Of a stretch of DNA of 64,000 nt, positions 23,151 to 33,738 are shown one piece after another (positions within the stretch are counted from its first letter, which is position 1; every line of letters begins with the position of its first letter). The position numbers and the translations under genes were made by a program. The stretch spans positions 4,224,001 through 4,288,000 of the forward strand of contig CAVUSO010000001.1 of the NCBI GenBank assembly GCA_963744145.1, given 5' to 3'. Origin of the DNA: an uncultured cyanobacterium. Its GTDB lineage: Bacteria; Cyanobacteriota; Cyanobacteriia; Cyanobacteriales; CAWUOF01. Below the pieces are notes generated by a model. The model was not told where the DNA came from, did not search any database, and saw only the letters and a program-made list of their open reading frames with translations.

Positions 23151-23483
23151 ATGCCTAAGGTTACAGCTCAAGGAAAAACGTTTGAGTGCGATCGCGGCGC
23201 TAATTTACGTCAGGTTTTGTTAAAAAATGGGGTTGATCTATATAATGGAGGTGCCAAAGGTCTGAATTGTCGGGGTCTGGGTACTTGTGGGACTTGTGCG
23301 GTCAAGGTGGAAGGAGAAGTTAGTGAAACTGGTGGATGGGAAAAAACCAGGCGATCGCTACCTCCCCATTCTCTCAAATCTAATCTGCGTTTAGCTTGTC
23401 AAACTCAAGTTTTAGGTGATGTCAAAGTAACAAAAATGGATGGATTTTGGGGTCAAGGTTCTCAACCTGTGTGGACTCCCTAA
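23151..23483 (+). CDS. 2Fe-2S ferredoxin-like protein
   Basis: CRGLGTCGTC and RLACQ. Confidence 0.9.
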   Translation: MPKVTAQGKTFECDRGANLRQVLLKNGVDLYNGGAKGLNCRGLGTCGTCAVKVEGEVSETGGWEKTRRSLPPHSLKSNLRLACQTQVLGDVKVTKMDGFWGQGSQPVWTP

Positions 23484-23528
23484 ACATAGTTAACTAGGTG
23501 TCGGGTGTGGGAGTTAAAACTTACCATC

Positions 23529-23567
23529 TCACACCTAACACCTGACACCTAACACCTGACACCTACA
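23529..23567. repeat. Heptamer tandem repeat (acacctr-type)
   Basis: acacctaacacctgacacctaacacctgacacct. Confidence 0.8.
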
Positions 23568-23931
23568 CCAAATGTTCTAAACGATTCAGACGTTCTGAGT
23601 AATTATGGATCACGGAGAGGGCAAACATCGGGGTTTCTTGTACAGCAAACAGAAATCTTTCCCGATCTAAGCAGGCTAAGGTAACATCAGTTTTAGCAAT
23701 AATGGTATAGGTTCGATTTTGTTGACCAACCAGTACCCCCACACCAAACATTGCACCTGGTGCCAAAGTTTCTACAACTTTACCATTAATGATTAGGTTA
23801 AGTTCTCCGGCAATAATACCATACATCTCATCTCCAGGTTGCCCTTCCTCAAAGATTGTTTGACCGGCTAAAAATGTCTAAGGTTTGGGTTGTTTTTGAA
23901 ACAGACTGATGGTTTCTATTGGACCTAACAT
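23563..23931 (-). pseudogene. Cyclic nucleotide-binding domain protein with in-frame TAG at 23878-23880
   Basis: MLGPIETISLFQKQPKP*TFLAGQTIFEEGQPGDEMYGII reads in the same frame as the 87-aa ORF. Confidence 0.8.
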
Positions 23932-24059
23932 TTGGGGATGGCTCCTAATGGGTAAGGGGGTTGAGGCAAAATTTATTATATAGCGATTTTGCACAAGAAA
24001 AAGTTATTCCCTATTATTGGGCAGCTTTTACGATGCAAGGTGAATGGTGCTAAGAATTT

Positions 24060-24503
24060 TTAGATACTTGCGGGATCTACGGCAATAATTCCATCACTAG
24101 AATACCGCATAAAGTCACGAGCATTTAAAGTCAAAATATGCGTGATATTATTGGTTTGCATTGCTGCTACAAGTCGCGCATCATGAACTTGAACACCAGA
24201 AACTTTAAATCTGACAACAAGCGATCGCCATTTAGAATAAACCGTCGAATTATCAGGCAAAATTAGAAAAATTCGCTCAATTAATCCTAAAAGTCTATCA
24301 GCTTCAATATGAGTAAACCCCAGCCCATTTCTATCAATAGGTCGAGTGACAACATTCCAAAACTCAACACAGTTTTGAGATGTCACATACAGGGTATAAT
24401 TTTCCTGTTTTAGCTGACGAATAGCAGCTCTAATAGTTAGATGTAAAGGATGAGAGCGAATCACAAATCGTAATAAAATATTTGTGTCAATCAGATAGAA
24501 CAT
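24060..24503 (-). CDS. PIN-domain (VapC-like) toxin
   Basis: YLIDTNIL, EFW and HDARLVA..ILTLN..DF. Confidence 0.88.
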   Translation of the reverse strand: MFYLIDTNILLRFVIRSHPLHLTIRAAIRQLKQENYTLYVTSQNCVEFWNVVTRPIDRNGLGFTHIEADRLLGLIERIFLILPDNSTVYSKWRSLVVRFKVSGVQVHDARLVAAMQTNNITHILTLNARDFMRYSSDGIIAVDPASI

Positions 24504-24506
24504 AAT

Positions 24507-24770
24507 TTAAGGATGCTCCTCATAAATACCAGCACGACTAACTGCGTACTCTGAGAGTTGTGGAATTCTATTGCCTGATATTTTTTCATATTCATCTGCT
24601 AATTGATCTGCTAATTGCTCGAATGTTTCCAGATCTTCAGTTGTTCTATTTTGCTTTTCTTTACTCCATTTATATTGTAAATATTCAAGAAATTCGGCAA
24701 TTTCAAGAATTAAATTATCTGGTAAAGTATTGATAACTTGAAATATTTGCTGACGATTGATAATAGACAT
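24507..24770 (-). CDS. Putative antitoxin (DUF2281-like)
   Basis: LPDNLILEIAEFLEYL motif; lies immediately upstream of the PIN gene. Confidence 0.7.
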   Translation of the reverse strand: MSIINRQQIFQVINTLPDNLILEIAEFLEYLQYKWSKEKQNRTTEDLETFEQLADQLADEYEKISGNRIPQLSEYAVSRAGIYEEHP

Positions 24771-24807
24771 AGTTAGGCTCTTTTTTGATCGGTATTCTTC
24801 TAATTAT

Positions 24808-24991
24808 AGGAGAAGTTAGTGAAACTGGTAGATGGGAAAAACCAGGCGATCGCTACCTCCCCATTCTCTCAAATCTAATCTGCGTTTAGCTTGTCAAACT
24901 CAAGTTTCAGGTGATGTCATAGTCAGGAAAATGGATGGATTTTGGGGTCAAGGTTTTCAACCTGTGTGGACAACCTAAGCATAGTTAACTA
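24808..24991 (+). pseudogene. Duplicated 3' half of the ferredoxin gene (copy of 23312-23496)
   Basis: Near-identical sequence with a 1-bp deletion in an A-run. Confidence 0.9.
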
Positions 24992-24995
24992 TTGT

Positions 24996-25406
24996 TTAAG
25001 TTTCTACTATGGTTGAGGAAAGCCCGACTAAATCACCAGATTCAGTTGTCCCAATGATATAAACCTCTATTTGGCGCTGACCGATGCGATAAACTTGTAA
25101 GTTATTAAGATTATTTTTGATAGTAGCTACCAGAATTTTAAACCTTTTAACTGTTTCTTGTTCTGTCTGATTATGCCAATCTTGTGCAGTGACAAAATTC
25201 TGAAAAAAAGCATCAATATTAACTAATTCAATTGGGGTATCTGGGGAATGGTTGGTTTTTGCTAAAATTTGACTAGCAGGGATAGGTGTAGCAACAGATT
25301 CCCAACAAAAAACTGTTAATGGGGATGTTGATTCACTCATTAATAATAAGTCATTTGTTGCTTGTTGCAGTTGCTTGAAAATTATCAAAGTTGGCTCTTT
25401 CATCAA
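24996..25406 (-). CDS. nuiA: Nuclease A inhibitor-like protein
   Basis: LLLMSES, VYRIG...YIIG and VET C-terminus. Confidence 0.8.
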   Translation of the reverse strand: MMKEPTLIIFKQLQQATNDLLLMSESTSPLTVFCWESVATPIPASQILAKTNHSPDTPIELVNIDAFFQNFVTAQDWHNQTEQETVKRFKILVATIKNNLNNLQVYRIGQRQIEVYIIGTTESGDLVGLSSTIVET

Positions 25407-25657
25407 GTTAATTTTAGTGATACCGACATATTATAAAACAAGATGGTTTGGAAATGCACCTATGTAACACTGACATGAGTAGCCCATTGGGGGGGTCTCT
25501 TCTGTCAACTGCGGAAGTCTTGAAAATAAATCGCGATCGCTATTTCCCAAACCAGTCTCAAATATTAACTTTTGTAAAAACCTGAGCAACCTCTGGCTGA
25601 ATCAAAAATAAATGTTGATACCATAATAGGAGGTGAAGGGGAGGGGAAAATAAGTTA

Positions 25658-26851
25658 ATGTTAGATGCCAAGTCTTTATTTAACGAGAGTTATTATGATA
25701 CTCTCTACCCAGATGTAGCTACGGCAATAGCTAAGGGATATTTTAGTAGTGGGTATGATCATTTTCTCAAATTTGGCAAATCAGAAGGTCGCAGCCCAAG
25801 TCCTTTTTTTGACCCAAATTTTTACCTGACTGAATATGCAGATGTAGCCAATGCTATCAAAAATGGTGTGATTACCAATGCTTTTGACCATTATATTACC
25901 TTCGGACAAAAGGAAGGTCGTGACGGTAGTGTTCTCTTTGATAACAACTACTATTTAGCTCATCAAGCTGATGTAGCTACAGCAGTAAATAACGCTGCTA
26001 ATACTATCGATCCGCTAACGGGAATCCAACACTATATTCAAAATGGTCTTAATGAAGGACGGGCTGGTTCTTTAGAGTTTGATCCGATCTACTACCAACA
26101 AAATAACTCAGATTTAAAAGCTGCTGGTTTGAATAACCAACAATTAGCTAACCATTTTGTACTTAATGGAGAACAGGAAGGACGTAGAGCATCCTTAGCA
26201 TTTGATGTGCAATTTTACTTAAATAATAATCCCGATTTAAAAGCAGCTAAATTAACTGATCAGCAATTATTTGAACACTATGCTACTAATGGATTAAAAG
26301 AAGATCGTGTAGCTAGACCTGGGATAGTTGCGGCTGGAGCTAACAATGATCAAGTGATCATGGGAGTACAAATTTTAAATAGTACCAAACCAACCGCGAT
26401 CGGAACTAATGGTTTAACCAGCGTAGCATTTCCTGGTGCGCTCAGTATTAATGGTGTATCTTTTGTGAACGGGGTTACTTATCTAGCTGGAATAAATGCT
26501 TGGAATTCTACTTATACGGACTCAGCTTATACCATTATCAATAATACTAATAATACTATTACCCAATTAGGATTTCATAACATTTACTTTACCTTATCAA
26601 CATTTAATGGTATTTCTCTCCATACAATTGGAGGTATTAATGCTTTTGGTCAAACTGATTTTCAGCCATCAGATGTAGCTGGTAGTACATCCGATATTTT
26701 TGGTAATATATCTTATGATCCTGTGACCAATACATTGATTTTTGCCAGTGGTAATAAAACTGGTATTTTACCAGGTCAATCTGTAGATGTTGTCTGGCAC
26801 TTTACCGTACCTCAAGATTTAGAATCTCACCGAGTTGTTATCGGTACTTGA
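25658..26851 (+). CDS. Surface-type protein with FDxxYYLxxxxDV...HYxxxGxxEGR repeats
   Basis: Five repeats in the N-terminal half and a Thr/Asn/Gly-rich C-terminus. Confidence 0.65.
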   Translation: MLDAKSLFNESYYDTLYPDVATAIAKGYFSSGYDHFLKFGKSEGRSPSPFFDPNFYLTEYADVANAIKNGVITNAFDHYITFGQKEGRDGSVLFDNNYYLAHQADVATAVNNAANTIDPLTGIQHYIQNGLNEGRAGSLEFDPIYYQQNNSDLKAAGLNNQQLANHFVLNGEQEGRRASLAFDVQFYLNNNPDLKAAKLTDQQLFEHYATNGLKEDRVARPGIVAAGANNDQVIMGVQILNSTKPTAIGTNGLTSVAFPGALSINGVSFVNGVTYLAGINAWNSTYTDSAYTIINNTNNTITQLGFHNIYFTLSTFNGISLHTIGGINAFGQTDFQPSDVAGSTSDIFGNISYDPVTNTLIFASGNKTGILPGQSVDVVWHFTVPQDLESHRVVIGT

Positions 26852-26942
26852 TCCCTGAATTTTGGGTAGTGCCATCTTGTTCATTGTTATATTTGAATTG
26901 TTATATTTGATTTTTATCTTTCAGTTATGAGTGTTGCCAATT

Positions 26943-27500
26943 TCACGGTTTTTGATGCACTGGCACCAGGTTGGAACTGCCTGTAGTAGAGGTTTGCACA
27001 TCTACAACTCCCCGATACATTCTCATACCGCAGGTAAATTGATATTCACCTGTTTTTTGAGGAGTAAATTGGATCGGAGTGGTTTTATTTAAAGGCAAAT
27101 GAGTATCAATTCCAAAATCGGGAAACAAAACTTCTTCTAAACAACTATTGGCATCTTTGCGGCAGAAATTGAGCCGCACAGGTTGACCAACCTGCACAAC
27201 TATGTAATTGGGTTGGTAGCCACCATCAACAGTAATAGTGAGTTCTTGCAAGCCCTGTTGGAGGGTAGTTTGCTGTACCTTGTTTTTTTTGAAGAGAAAC
27301 CACCAAACTTCTGCACCAATTAGGGCTATACCGCCCAGCGTTACTCCTAGTTTCAAAGCAAAAGGTTGCTCGACCTGACGGAATTGGTTAGTCTGCTGCG
27401 CTGGCATATTCATGCCAGTAGCGGTTGCCTCTAAAGCAATTCCCGTCAATAATCCTACAGATATAATTATACTACCTAAAACTTGGTTTTTGCTGTTCAT
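26943..27500 (-). CDS. Cupredoxin-domain membrane protein
   Basis: VDGGYQP and FTCGMRMYRG; downstream of the Cu-ATPase. Confidence 0.85.
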   Translation of the reverse strand: MNSKNQVLGSIIISVGLLTGIALEATATGMNMPAQQTNQFRQVEQPFALKLGVTLGGIALIGAEVWWFLFKKNKVQQTTLQQGLQELTITVDGGYQPNYIVVQVGQPVRLNFCRKDANSCLEEVLFPDFGIDTHLPLNKTTPIQFTPQKTGEYQFTCGMRMYRGVVDVQTSTTGSSNLVPVHQKP

Positions 27501-27538
27501 TATTTACCTGATTTTCTGCCATGTTTTGCCCTTTTCCA

Positions 27539-29830
27539 TTAACTCAGTTCGGGCTGGAAATGACGCAAGCGCAAAGCATTGGAGACTACGGAAACAGAAC
27601 TAAATGCCATAGCTGCTCCAGCAATCATGGGGTTGAGTAACCAGCCAAAGAAGGGGAAGAAAATGCCAGTAGCGAGGAAAAGACCAGCGACGTTGTAGGC
27701 AAAAGCAAAGAAGAGATTCTGGCGAATGTTCTGCATTGTAGCGCGACTGAGACGAATGGCGGTGATGATCCCTTGAAGATCACCTGAAATCAGGGTGATA
27801 TCGCTAGCGGCGATCGCCACATCTGTCCCCGTACCAATGGCTAAACCCACGTCTGCTTGAGCCAAAGCAGGTGCGTCGTTGATCCCATCTCCCACCATTG
27901 CCACAATTTTGCCTTCAGCTTGCAGCTTTTTCACGGTGTCCGCTTTTTGGTCGGGGCGCACTTCAGCTAACACGCGCTTAATTCCGACTTGTTGGGCGAT
28001 CGCTGTAGCGGTACGGTGATTATCTCCAGTCAGCATCACCACCTCTAACCCCATTTTTTGCATAGTTTTAATGGCAGTAGCTGAAGCAGGTTTGATGGTG
28101 TCTGCAATAGTGATCAGTCCCTGCAAGCGCCCGTCAACGGCGATAAATACGGCGGTTTTACCTGTGTCTTCCCCAGCAACTTTTTGAGCTTGGAGGGGTA
28201 GAGTTGCAATTCCCAATTCATCCATCCAGCGTTGAGTGCCGATTTGTACCAATTGACCTGCAACGACTCCCTGCACCCCACTACCTGCGATCGCTTCAAA
28301 ATTTTCAGTTTCTGGTAACAATTCTGGCTGACCAGGGGAGGAGCTTTGCTGGGTCTGGGCATAGTTAACCACAGCTTCTGCTAGAGGGTGTTCTGAGTTG
28401 CGCTCAACTGCCCCCACCAATTGCAACAGGGTGAGCGGCTCAATCGCCCAAGATTGGTGATTTTGTCGATCCACCTCCAGCATCGTCGCAAAATCTGTAA
28501 CTCCGGGTTTCCCTTGAGTGATAGTGCCAGTTTTATCTAAAACCACAATTTGAATTTGATGGGCAAGTTCTAAACTATCTGCCCCTTTAATCAAAATACC
28601 GTTTTCCGCACCTTTACCCATACCAACTGTCACAGATGTGGGAGTCGCTAAACCCAAGGCACAGGGACAAGCGATAATCAGGACGCTCACTGTAGTAATC
28701 ATGGCCAGGGTAATATTGCCCATCAAGTCAAACCAAATCACAAAGGTGGCGATCGCTAACCCAATCACCGCAGGTACAAACCATCCCGTTACTTGGTCAG
28801 CCAGTTTTTGAATTGGTGCTTTCGAGTTCTGGGACTCTTGGACCAGTTTGACAATTTGAGCTAATGCGGTATCTTTCCCCACTCGGGTTGTCTGGAACCG
28901 GAAACTGCCAGTTTTATTAATGGTGGCTCCCATCACCTGATCTCCCAATTGCTTAGTAACCGGGATGCTCTCACCTGTAATCATCGACTCATCTACTGCT
29001 GATGAGCCAGCAATTACCTCACCATCAACCGGGATTTTTTCTCCAGGACGCACGACGATGATATCTCCCACCACCACTTCAGCAATAGGAATATCTATCT
29101 CTTTCTGATCGCGAACTACCCTTGCTGTTTTTGCTTGTAACCCCATCAATTTACGAATGGCTGCTGAGGTTTCGCCCTTAGCCCGGTTTTCCAAAAAGCG
29201 ACCTACTAACGTTAAGGTAATGATGACAGTTGAAGCTTCAAAGTAAACCTCTGGCTTTAGTCCTTGGGATAGAAAGAATCCAGGATTTACCGTAGTCCAG
29301 ACCGAATAGGAGTAGGCAATCGTCGTTCCCAAAGCAATCAGAGTATTCATATCTGCGGTGCGATGTCGAAATGCCGAAATCGCTGATCTATAAAAGGATT
29401 GACTCACCCAAAACTGAACAGGGGCAGCGATGATTAACTGGACCCAAGGAATAGCTAGCCATTGGAGAGATGAAGGCAATGACATTCCTATATGCTCAAG
29501 TGTGCTAATTATCAATAGAACGCTTAATACACCACCAACTATTACCTTCAGCTTGAGGTCTTGCTGTTCGGCTTGGCGAAGGATTTTCTCTGCATCGTCT
29601 TCTTCCTCTCCAGGCTCAGATATGGGATAAGCAGAGTAACCCGCGGCACTTACCGCTTGGACTATCTGGTCAGAACTGGTTTGCTTGGCATCGAATGTGA
29701 TGGCAGCTTGCTCAATGCCAAAATTGACATTACAATTAATAACACCGGGAACAAATTTGATCGCTTGCTCAATTGTATTTGCACAAGATGCACAACCCAT
29801 GCCTTTCAATCGCAAATGCAATGTTTCCAT
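27539..29830 (-). CDS. copA: Copper-translocating P1B-type ATPase (PacS/CopA-like)
   Basis: CASC, TGES, CPC, DKTGT, SEHP and GDGINDAP. Confidence 0.92.
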   Translation of the reverse strand: METLHLRLKGMGCASCANTIEQAIKFVPGVINCNVNFGIEQAAITFDAKQTSSDQIVQAVSAAGYSAYPISEPGEEEDDAEKILRQAEQQDLKLKVIVGGVLSVLLIISTLEHIGMSLPSSLQWLAIPWVQLIIAAPVQFWVSQSFYRSAISAFRHRTADMNTLIALGTTIAYSYSVWTTVNPGFFLSQGLKPEVYFEASTVIITLTLVGRFLENRAKGETSAAIRKLMGLQAKTARVVRDQKEIDIPIAEVVVGDIIVVRPGEKIPVDGEVIAGSSAVDESMITGESIPVTKQLGDQVMGATINKTGSFRFQTTRVGKDTALAQIVKLVQESQNSKAPIQKLADQVTGWFVPAVIGLAIATFVIWFDLMGNITLAMITTVSVLIIACPCALGLATPTSVTVGMGKGAENGILIKGADSLELAHQIQIVVLDKTGTITQGKPGVTDFATMLEVDRQNHQSWAIEPLTLLQLVGAVERNSEHPLAEAVVNYAQTQQSSSPGQPELLPETENFEAIAGSGVQGVVAGQLVQIGTQRWMDELGIATLPLQAQKVAGEDTGKTAVFIAVDGRLQGLITIADTIKPASATAIKTMQKMGLEVVMLTGDNHRTATAIAQQVGIKRVLAEVRPDQKADTVKKLQAEGKIVAMVGDGINDAPALAQADVGLAIGTGTDVAIAASDITLISGDLQGIITAIRLSRATMQNIRQNLFFAFAYNVAGLFLATGIFFPFFGWLLNPMIAGAAMAFSSVSVVSNALRLRHFQPELS

Positions 29831-29948
29831 ATCTGACTCGGATTAATATAAGGATCAGGCAAAAAGTTAAGTTTGTTGTTTTAATTATGGTATTTTTTTT
29901 AATCTCAGAGCAGTTATTTTAGGGGCGATCGCGCAAAATGGAAAAAAC

Positions 29949-30533
29949 ATGAGTGAATCAATCAAAGCAACCCGCGCTACTGTGGCGATCGGGACGTTAA
30001 ATGTAGATGGTTATATGTTGCCTGACGGTAGTTACCGTATGTCTCAGACACAGGCGGCTGAAACTGTCGGAAAAGAAGAATTTAACGCACGGGATTTTTT
30101 AGCGTCTAAGACCTTCAAACGCTTAAGTGGTGAAGGTTATACGGACGGGAAATTTATCGAGATTGAGTCAGAATCTACTCAAGTTAGGGGGCAAAGTCGT
30201 TTTAGAGCTTTACCTTTAGAGGTCGTGGTTATCTATTGGATATACCAGTGCCATCGCGGTAATAAACAAGCTTTCTCGCTGTTGATTGCACTTGCTACTG
30301 AATCCCTAGAGCGTAGGTTTGATAATGCTTTTGGTGTGGTTCGCACTGAGCAAGAGCGCAACGATATCACTACAGCAAGGATCAATGCTCTCGAAAGAGA
30401 CCTTGCTAATTTGGGTGATGGGTTTGCGATCGATGATGAAATCCGCCGCGAGCGTGATTATTTTGAGACACTACTAAAGCAAAACGGTATCGATCCTTAT
30501 GGGTTGCCAAGTGACGATCTCAAAAAACCATAA
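29949..30533 (+). CDS. Hypothetical protein, phage/plasmid-type DNA-binding-like
   Basis: GYMLPDGSYRMSQTQAA and ESLERRFDNAFG pattern recalled from mobile cyanobacterial genes. Confidence 0.5.
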   Translation: MSESIKATRATVAIGTLNVDGYMLPDGSYRMSQTQAAETVGKEEFNARDFLASKTFKRLSGEGYTDGKFIEIESESTQVRGQSRFRALPLEVVVIYWIYQCHRGNKQAFSLLIALATESLERRFDNAFGVVRTEQERNDITTARINALERDLANLGDGFAIDDEIRRERDYFETLLKQNGIDPYGLPSDDLKKP

Positions 30534-30782
30534 ATTTGATGGTCCAAACTTGGTGGACTCATCCTATTTATGCCAGAGTTGAACCAATCTATAGCTTTGA
30601 TGTGTGATCCGAATTAGGGGCGATCGCTGTTGACCAGTGTAGTTTTAGCCTTGCTGATTTATGATGACAACTGCCAACAACACGCGTCTTGAAATATCTG
30701 ATTTAATTGCTGATTTGGTTTGATCTAATGTGGTTCATTCTCAAGAAGAGAGAATAGACAGTCATTGGATAAGTTTTGATGA

Positions 30783-30853
30783 CTAATCAAACGGACATAA
30801 AGCTTGAAATGATTGCTAGTTAAACGGTAAGCGCGATTGAATCCGGTTGATTA
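30783..30853. repeat. ~70-bp imperfect palindrome following array genes (also 31805-31829 partial, 32778-32849, 33650-33721, 34783-34852, 35428-35463 partial)
   Basis: ctaatcaaacgga...tccggttgatta arms with a conserved aagcttgaaa core. Confidence 0.88.
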
Positions 30854-30861
30854 ATTTTTTG

Positions 30862-31446
30862 TCAATCCCCAAAAATCGCATCAACACTAATCACTATGTC
30901 CGGAAACGCAAGGGGTGAGATACTTTCACCGCGTCTAAACTGTTGTATACTTTCATAACCGTTCGGACCGGGATTGCGATAAACCTCAACTAATTCAGCA
31001 TTTATATCTACGATCCAAAGTTCAATAATCCCAGCTAGACTGTAGCGAAATGACTTAACATTACGGTCGTGTTCAATTGTGGTGTCTGCTACTTCGATCA
31101 ATAAATATACGTCTTGGGGTTGTGGATGTGGGTCTCGGTATGCGCGACTTTTCGAGATTGATATATCCGGCTGCGGTTCTAATCCCCCGTTTAGTCTAAC
31201 TGGAGTCTGAGCTGTAAGAAACGCACGATCACCCAAAGCCTTAGAGAAAATCGAGAGTAAAAACCCAATACAATTTGCATGACGACTACCCATCGGTGCC
31301 ATAAGAATGATATCCCCATCAATTAATTCCGTCCGTTCATCAGGTCCAATTATCCCAACTTCACCCAGTTTGTAATATTCCTCTACCGTAAACTTCTTTC
31401 TTGTTGGTGTTGTTGCTGTTGCTACTGCGATCATCTTTCTCACCAT
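30862..31446 (-). CDS. Uma2 (DUF820) family PD-(D/E)xK endonuclease
   Basis: ELIDG, PQPD, LLIEVADTT and ELWIVD. Confidence 0.9.
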   Translation of the reverse strand: MVRKMIAVATATTPTRKKFTVEEYYKLGEVGIIGPDERTELIDGDIILMAPMGSRHANCIGFLLSIFSKALGDRAFLTAQTPVRLNGGLEPQPDISISKSRAYRDPHPQPQDVYLLIEVADTTIEHDRNVKSFRYSLAGIIELWIVDINAELVEVYRNPGPNGYESIQQFRRGESISPLAFPDIVISVDAIFGD

Positions 31447-31557
31447 CCCATAAACTGACTAGCTCCGATCATTCTCATTCTAATTGCGTTCACTAGCTTG
31501 TACCGTAGGTAATCGCTTTACTGGTTTGCTCCGGTGATACCTACATAGAGAAACAGT

Positions 31558-31805
31558 AATACCAATTCACCATGAAGATACATTGATGTATATTGATCTG
31601 TGGGTGAGGGTGGGTTTTGATGATTAGTAGGTAAATGTCAAACATCTCGGTGAACCCACCCCTACAAAAACCCGCAAATAGAGGATAAAATTGGTAGGGG
31701 CAGGTTCACCAGTCAATTTTGCCACCAATAGATCACCATTATAAACCTGCCCTGGCCTAACAGATCAACCTCAGATTAAGTGCAATTTCATAGTTAATTG
31801 GTATA
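31558..31805. mobile_element. MITE-like element (ATACCAATT ends) carrying a GTAG-REP doublet; truncates the palindrome
   Basis: aataccaatt...aattggtata ends; internal gggtgggtt/aacccacccctac and gtaggggcaggtt/aacctgccct. Confidence 0.7.
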
Positions 31806-31835
31806 AGCGCGATTGAATCCAGTTGATTAATTTTG

Positions 31836-32453
31836 TTATATATTAATCCATAAAATCTCATCAACACTGATCGCTATGTCTGGAAATGAAAGAGGTGAGA
31901 TACTTTCGCCGCGTCTAAATTGTTGGATACTTTCATAACCGTTCAGACCAGGATTGCGATAAACCTCAACTAATTCAGCATTTACGTCTACGATCCAAAG
32001 TTCAATAATCCCAGCTTGACTGTAGCGGACTGACTTCACATTGCGGTCATTGTCGATGGTCGTATGTACGGGCGTATTGCAATACGCCCCTTCGATTAAT
32101 AAATATATATCTTGGGGTTGTGGATGTGGGTCTAGGTATGAAAGACGACGTTTCACGATTGATAGATCAGGTTGGGGTTCTAATCCCCCGTTTAGTCTTA
32201 CTGGAGTTTGGGACAAGATTGAAATACTTTTACCCAAAGCATCATAGAACAGTTCATACAAACGACCCATACAATTTGCATGACGATTACCCATCGCTGC
32301 CATATAAATAATATCCCCATCAATTAATTCTGTCTTACCATCCCCAAGCATCCCCAACTCACCCAGCTTGTAATATTCCTCTACTGTGAACTTCTTTCTT
32401 GTTGGTGTTGTTGCTATTGCTACTGCGATCATCTTTCTCACCATCCTATCCAC
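31836..32453 (-). CDS. Uma2 family endonuclease with in-frame palindromic insertion
   Basis: Paralog of its neighbours; LLIEGAYCNTPVHTT replaces LLIEVADTT. Confidence 0.85.
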   Translation of the reverse strand: MDRMVRKMIAVAIATTPTRKKFTVEEYYKLGELGMLGDGKTELIDGDIIYMAAMGNRHANCMGRLYELFYDALGKSISILSQTPVRLNGGLEPQPDLSIVKRRLSYLDPHPQPQDIYLLIEGAYCNTPVHTTIDNDRNVKSVRYSQAGIIELWIVDVNAELVEVYRNPGLNGYESIQQFRRGESISPLSFPDIAISVDEILWINI

Positions 32454-32864
32454 TAATTCTTATTCTAAATTGCTTGTGATCACAATCCCATCCCCAGCGA
32501 TCCAATGTCTGTCTATTCTCTCTTCTTGAGAATGAAGCACATTTTTATAGAATCGGATTTTTAGGCATCATCGTTGCGATCGGGCGGCAATTCTGGCCAG
32601 GCTTTCTGTTATTATTGTCCCCTCGTACTACGGATCACCCGTTCTTATGGTAATAATTAAAATTTATTGAATTTCCAAATACTTACTACATAAGCTTTTC
32701 TCCTACTCGCTCTGTCTGTTCATTTTCTGGCTAAAGAATAGACAGACATTGGGTAGTTTAGCGATCGCTAACAATTACTAATCAAACGGATCTGAAGCTT
32801 GAAACGATTGCTAATAAAACGGTAAGCGCAATTGAATCCGGGTGATTAGTAATCGAATATTGGT

Positions 32865-33446
32865 CTACAAAATATCGTCAACGCTAATTACTATGTCTGG
32901 AAACGCCAGGGGTGAGATAGTTTCCCCGCATCTAAATTGTTGGATACTTTCATAGCCATTAGCACTTGGTTGGCGATAAACCTCAATTATTTTGACTTCT
33001 ATGTCTACGATCCAAAGTTCAATAATTCCTGCTTTACTGTAGCTAACTGACTTCACATTACGGTCGTGGTCAATAGTGGTGTCTGCTACTTCAATTAATA
33101 AATATACGTCTTGGGGCTGTGGGAGTAGATCCCCGTAATCATCATCACGTAGTTTCAAAACCAATAGATCCGGTTCTGGCACTAATTTTCCGTTCAATCT
33201 GACTGGGATTCGTGCGGCGATTAAAGCGCGATCATCTAAAAGTTTGGGGAAAATTTTAATCAATCTAATTAGACCCCTTATATGACGACTACCCATCGCT
33301 GCCATATAGATAATATCCCCATCAATTAGTTCTGTCCTGCCATCTCCAAGCATCCCCAACTCACTCAGCTTGTAATATTCCTCTACCGTGAATTGCTTTC
33401 TTGTTGGTGTTATTGCTGTTGCTACTGCGATCATCTTTTTCACCAT
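32865..33446 (-). CDS. Uma2 family endonuclease
   Basis: ELIDG, PEPD and LLIEVADTT. Confidence 0.9.
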   Translation of the reverse strand: MVKKMIAVATAITPTRKQFTVEEYYKLSELGMLGDGRTELIDGDIIYMAAMGSRHIRGLIRLIKIFPKLLDDRALIAARIPVRLNGKLVPEPDLLVLKLRDDDYGDLLPQPQDVYLLIEVADTTIDHDRNVKSVSYSKAGIIELWIVDIEVKIIEVYRQPSANGYESIQQFRCGETISPLAFPDIVISVDDIL

Positions 33447-33738
33447 CCCATTTACTGACTAGCTCCGATTATTCCCATTCTAATTGCGTTCACTAGCTTG
33501 TACCGTAGGTAATCACGATCGCGTACCGTAGGTAATCGCGTGGTCGTTGTCCAGTATCTAGATTTTTTGGCGATCGCGATCGTGGTCTAGTTCCAATGTG
33601 GTCTATTATCTGGCTAGAGAATTAACAGACATTGGATAGGTTTTGATAACTAATCAAACGGATATAAAGCTTGAAACGATTGCTAGTTAAACGGTAAGCG
33701 TGATTGAATCCGGTTGATTAGTAATCGGATCTATTGGC

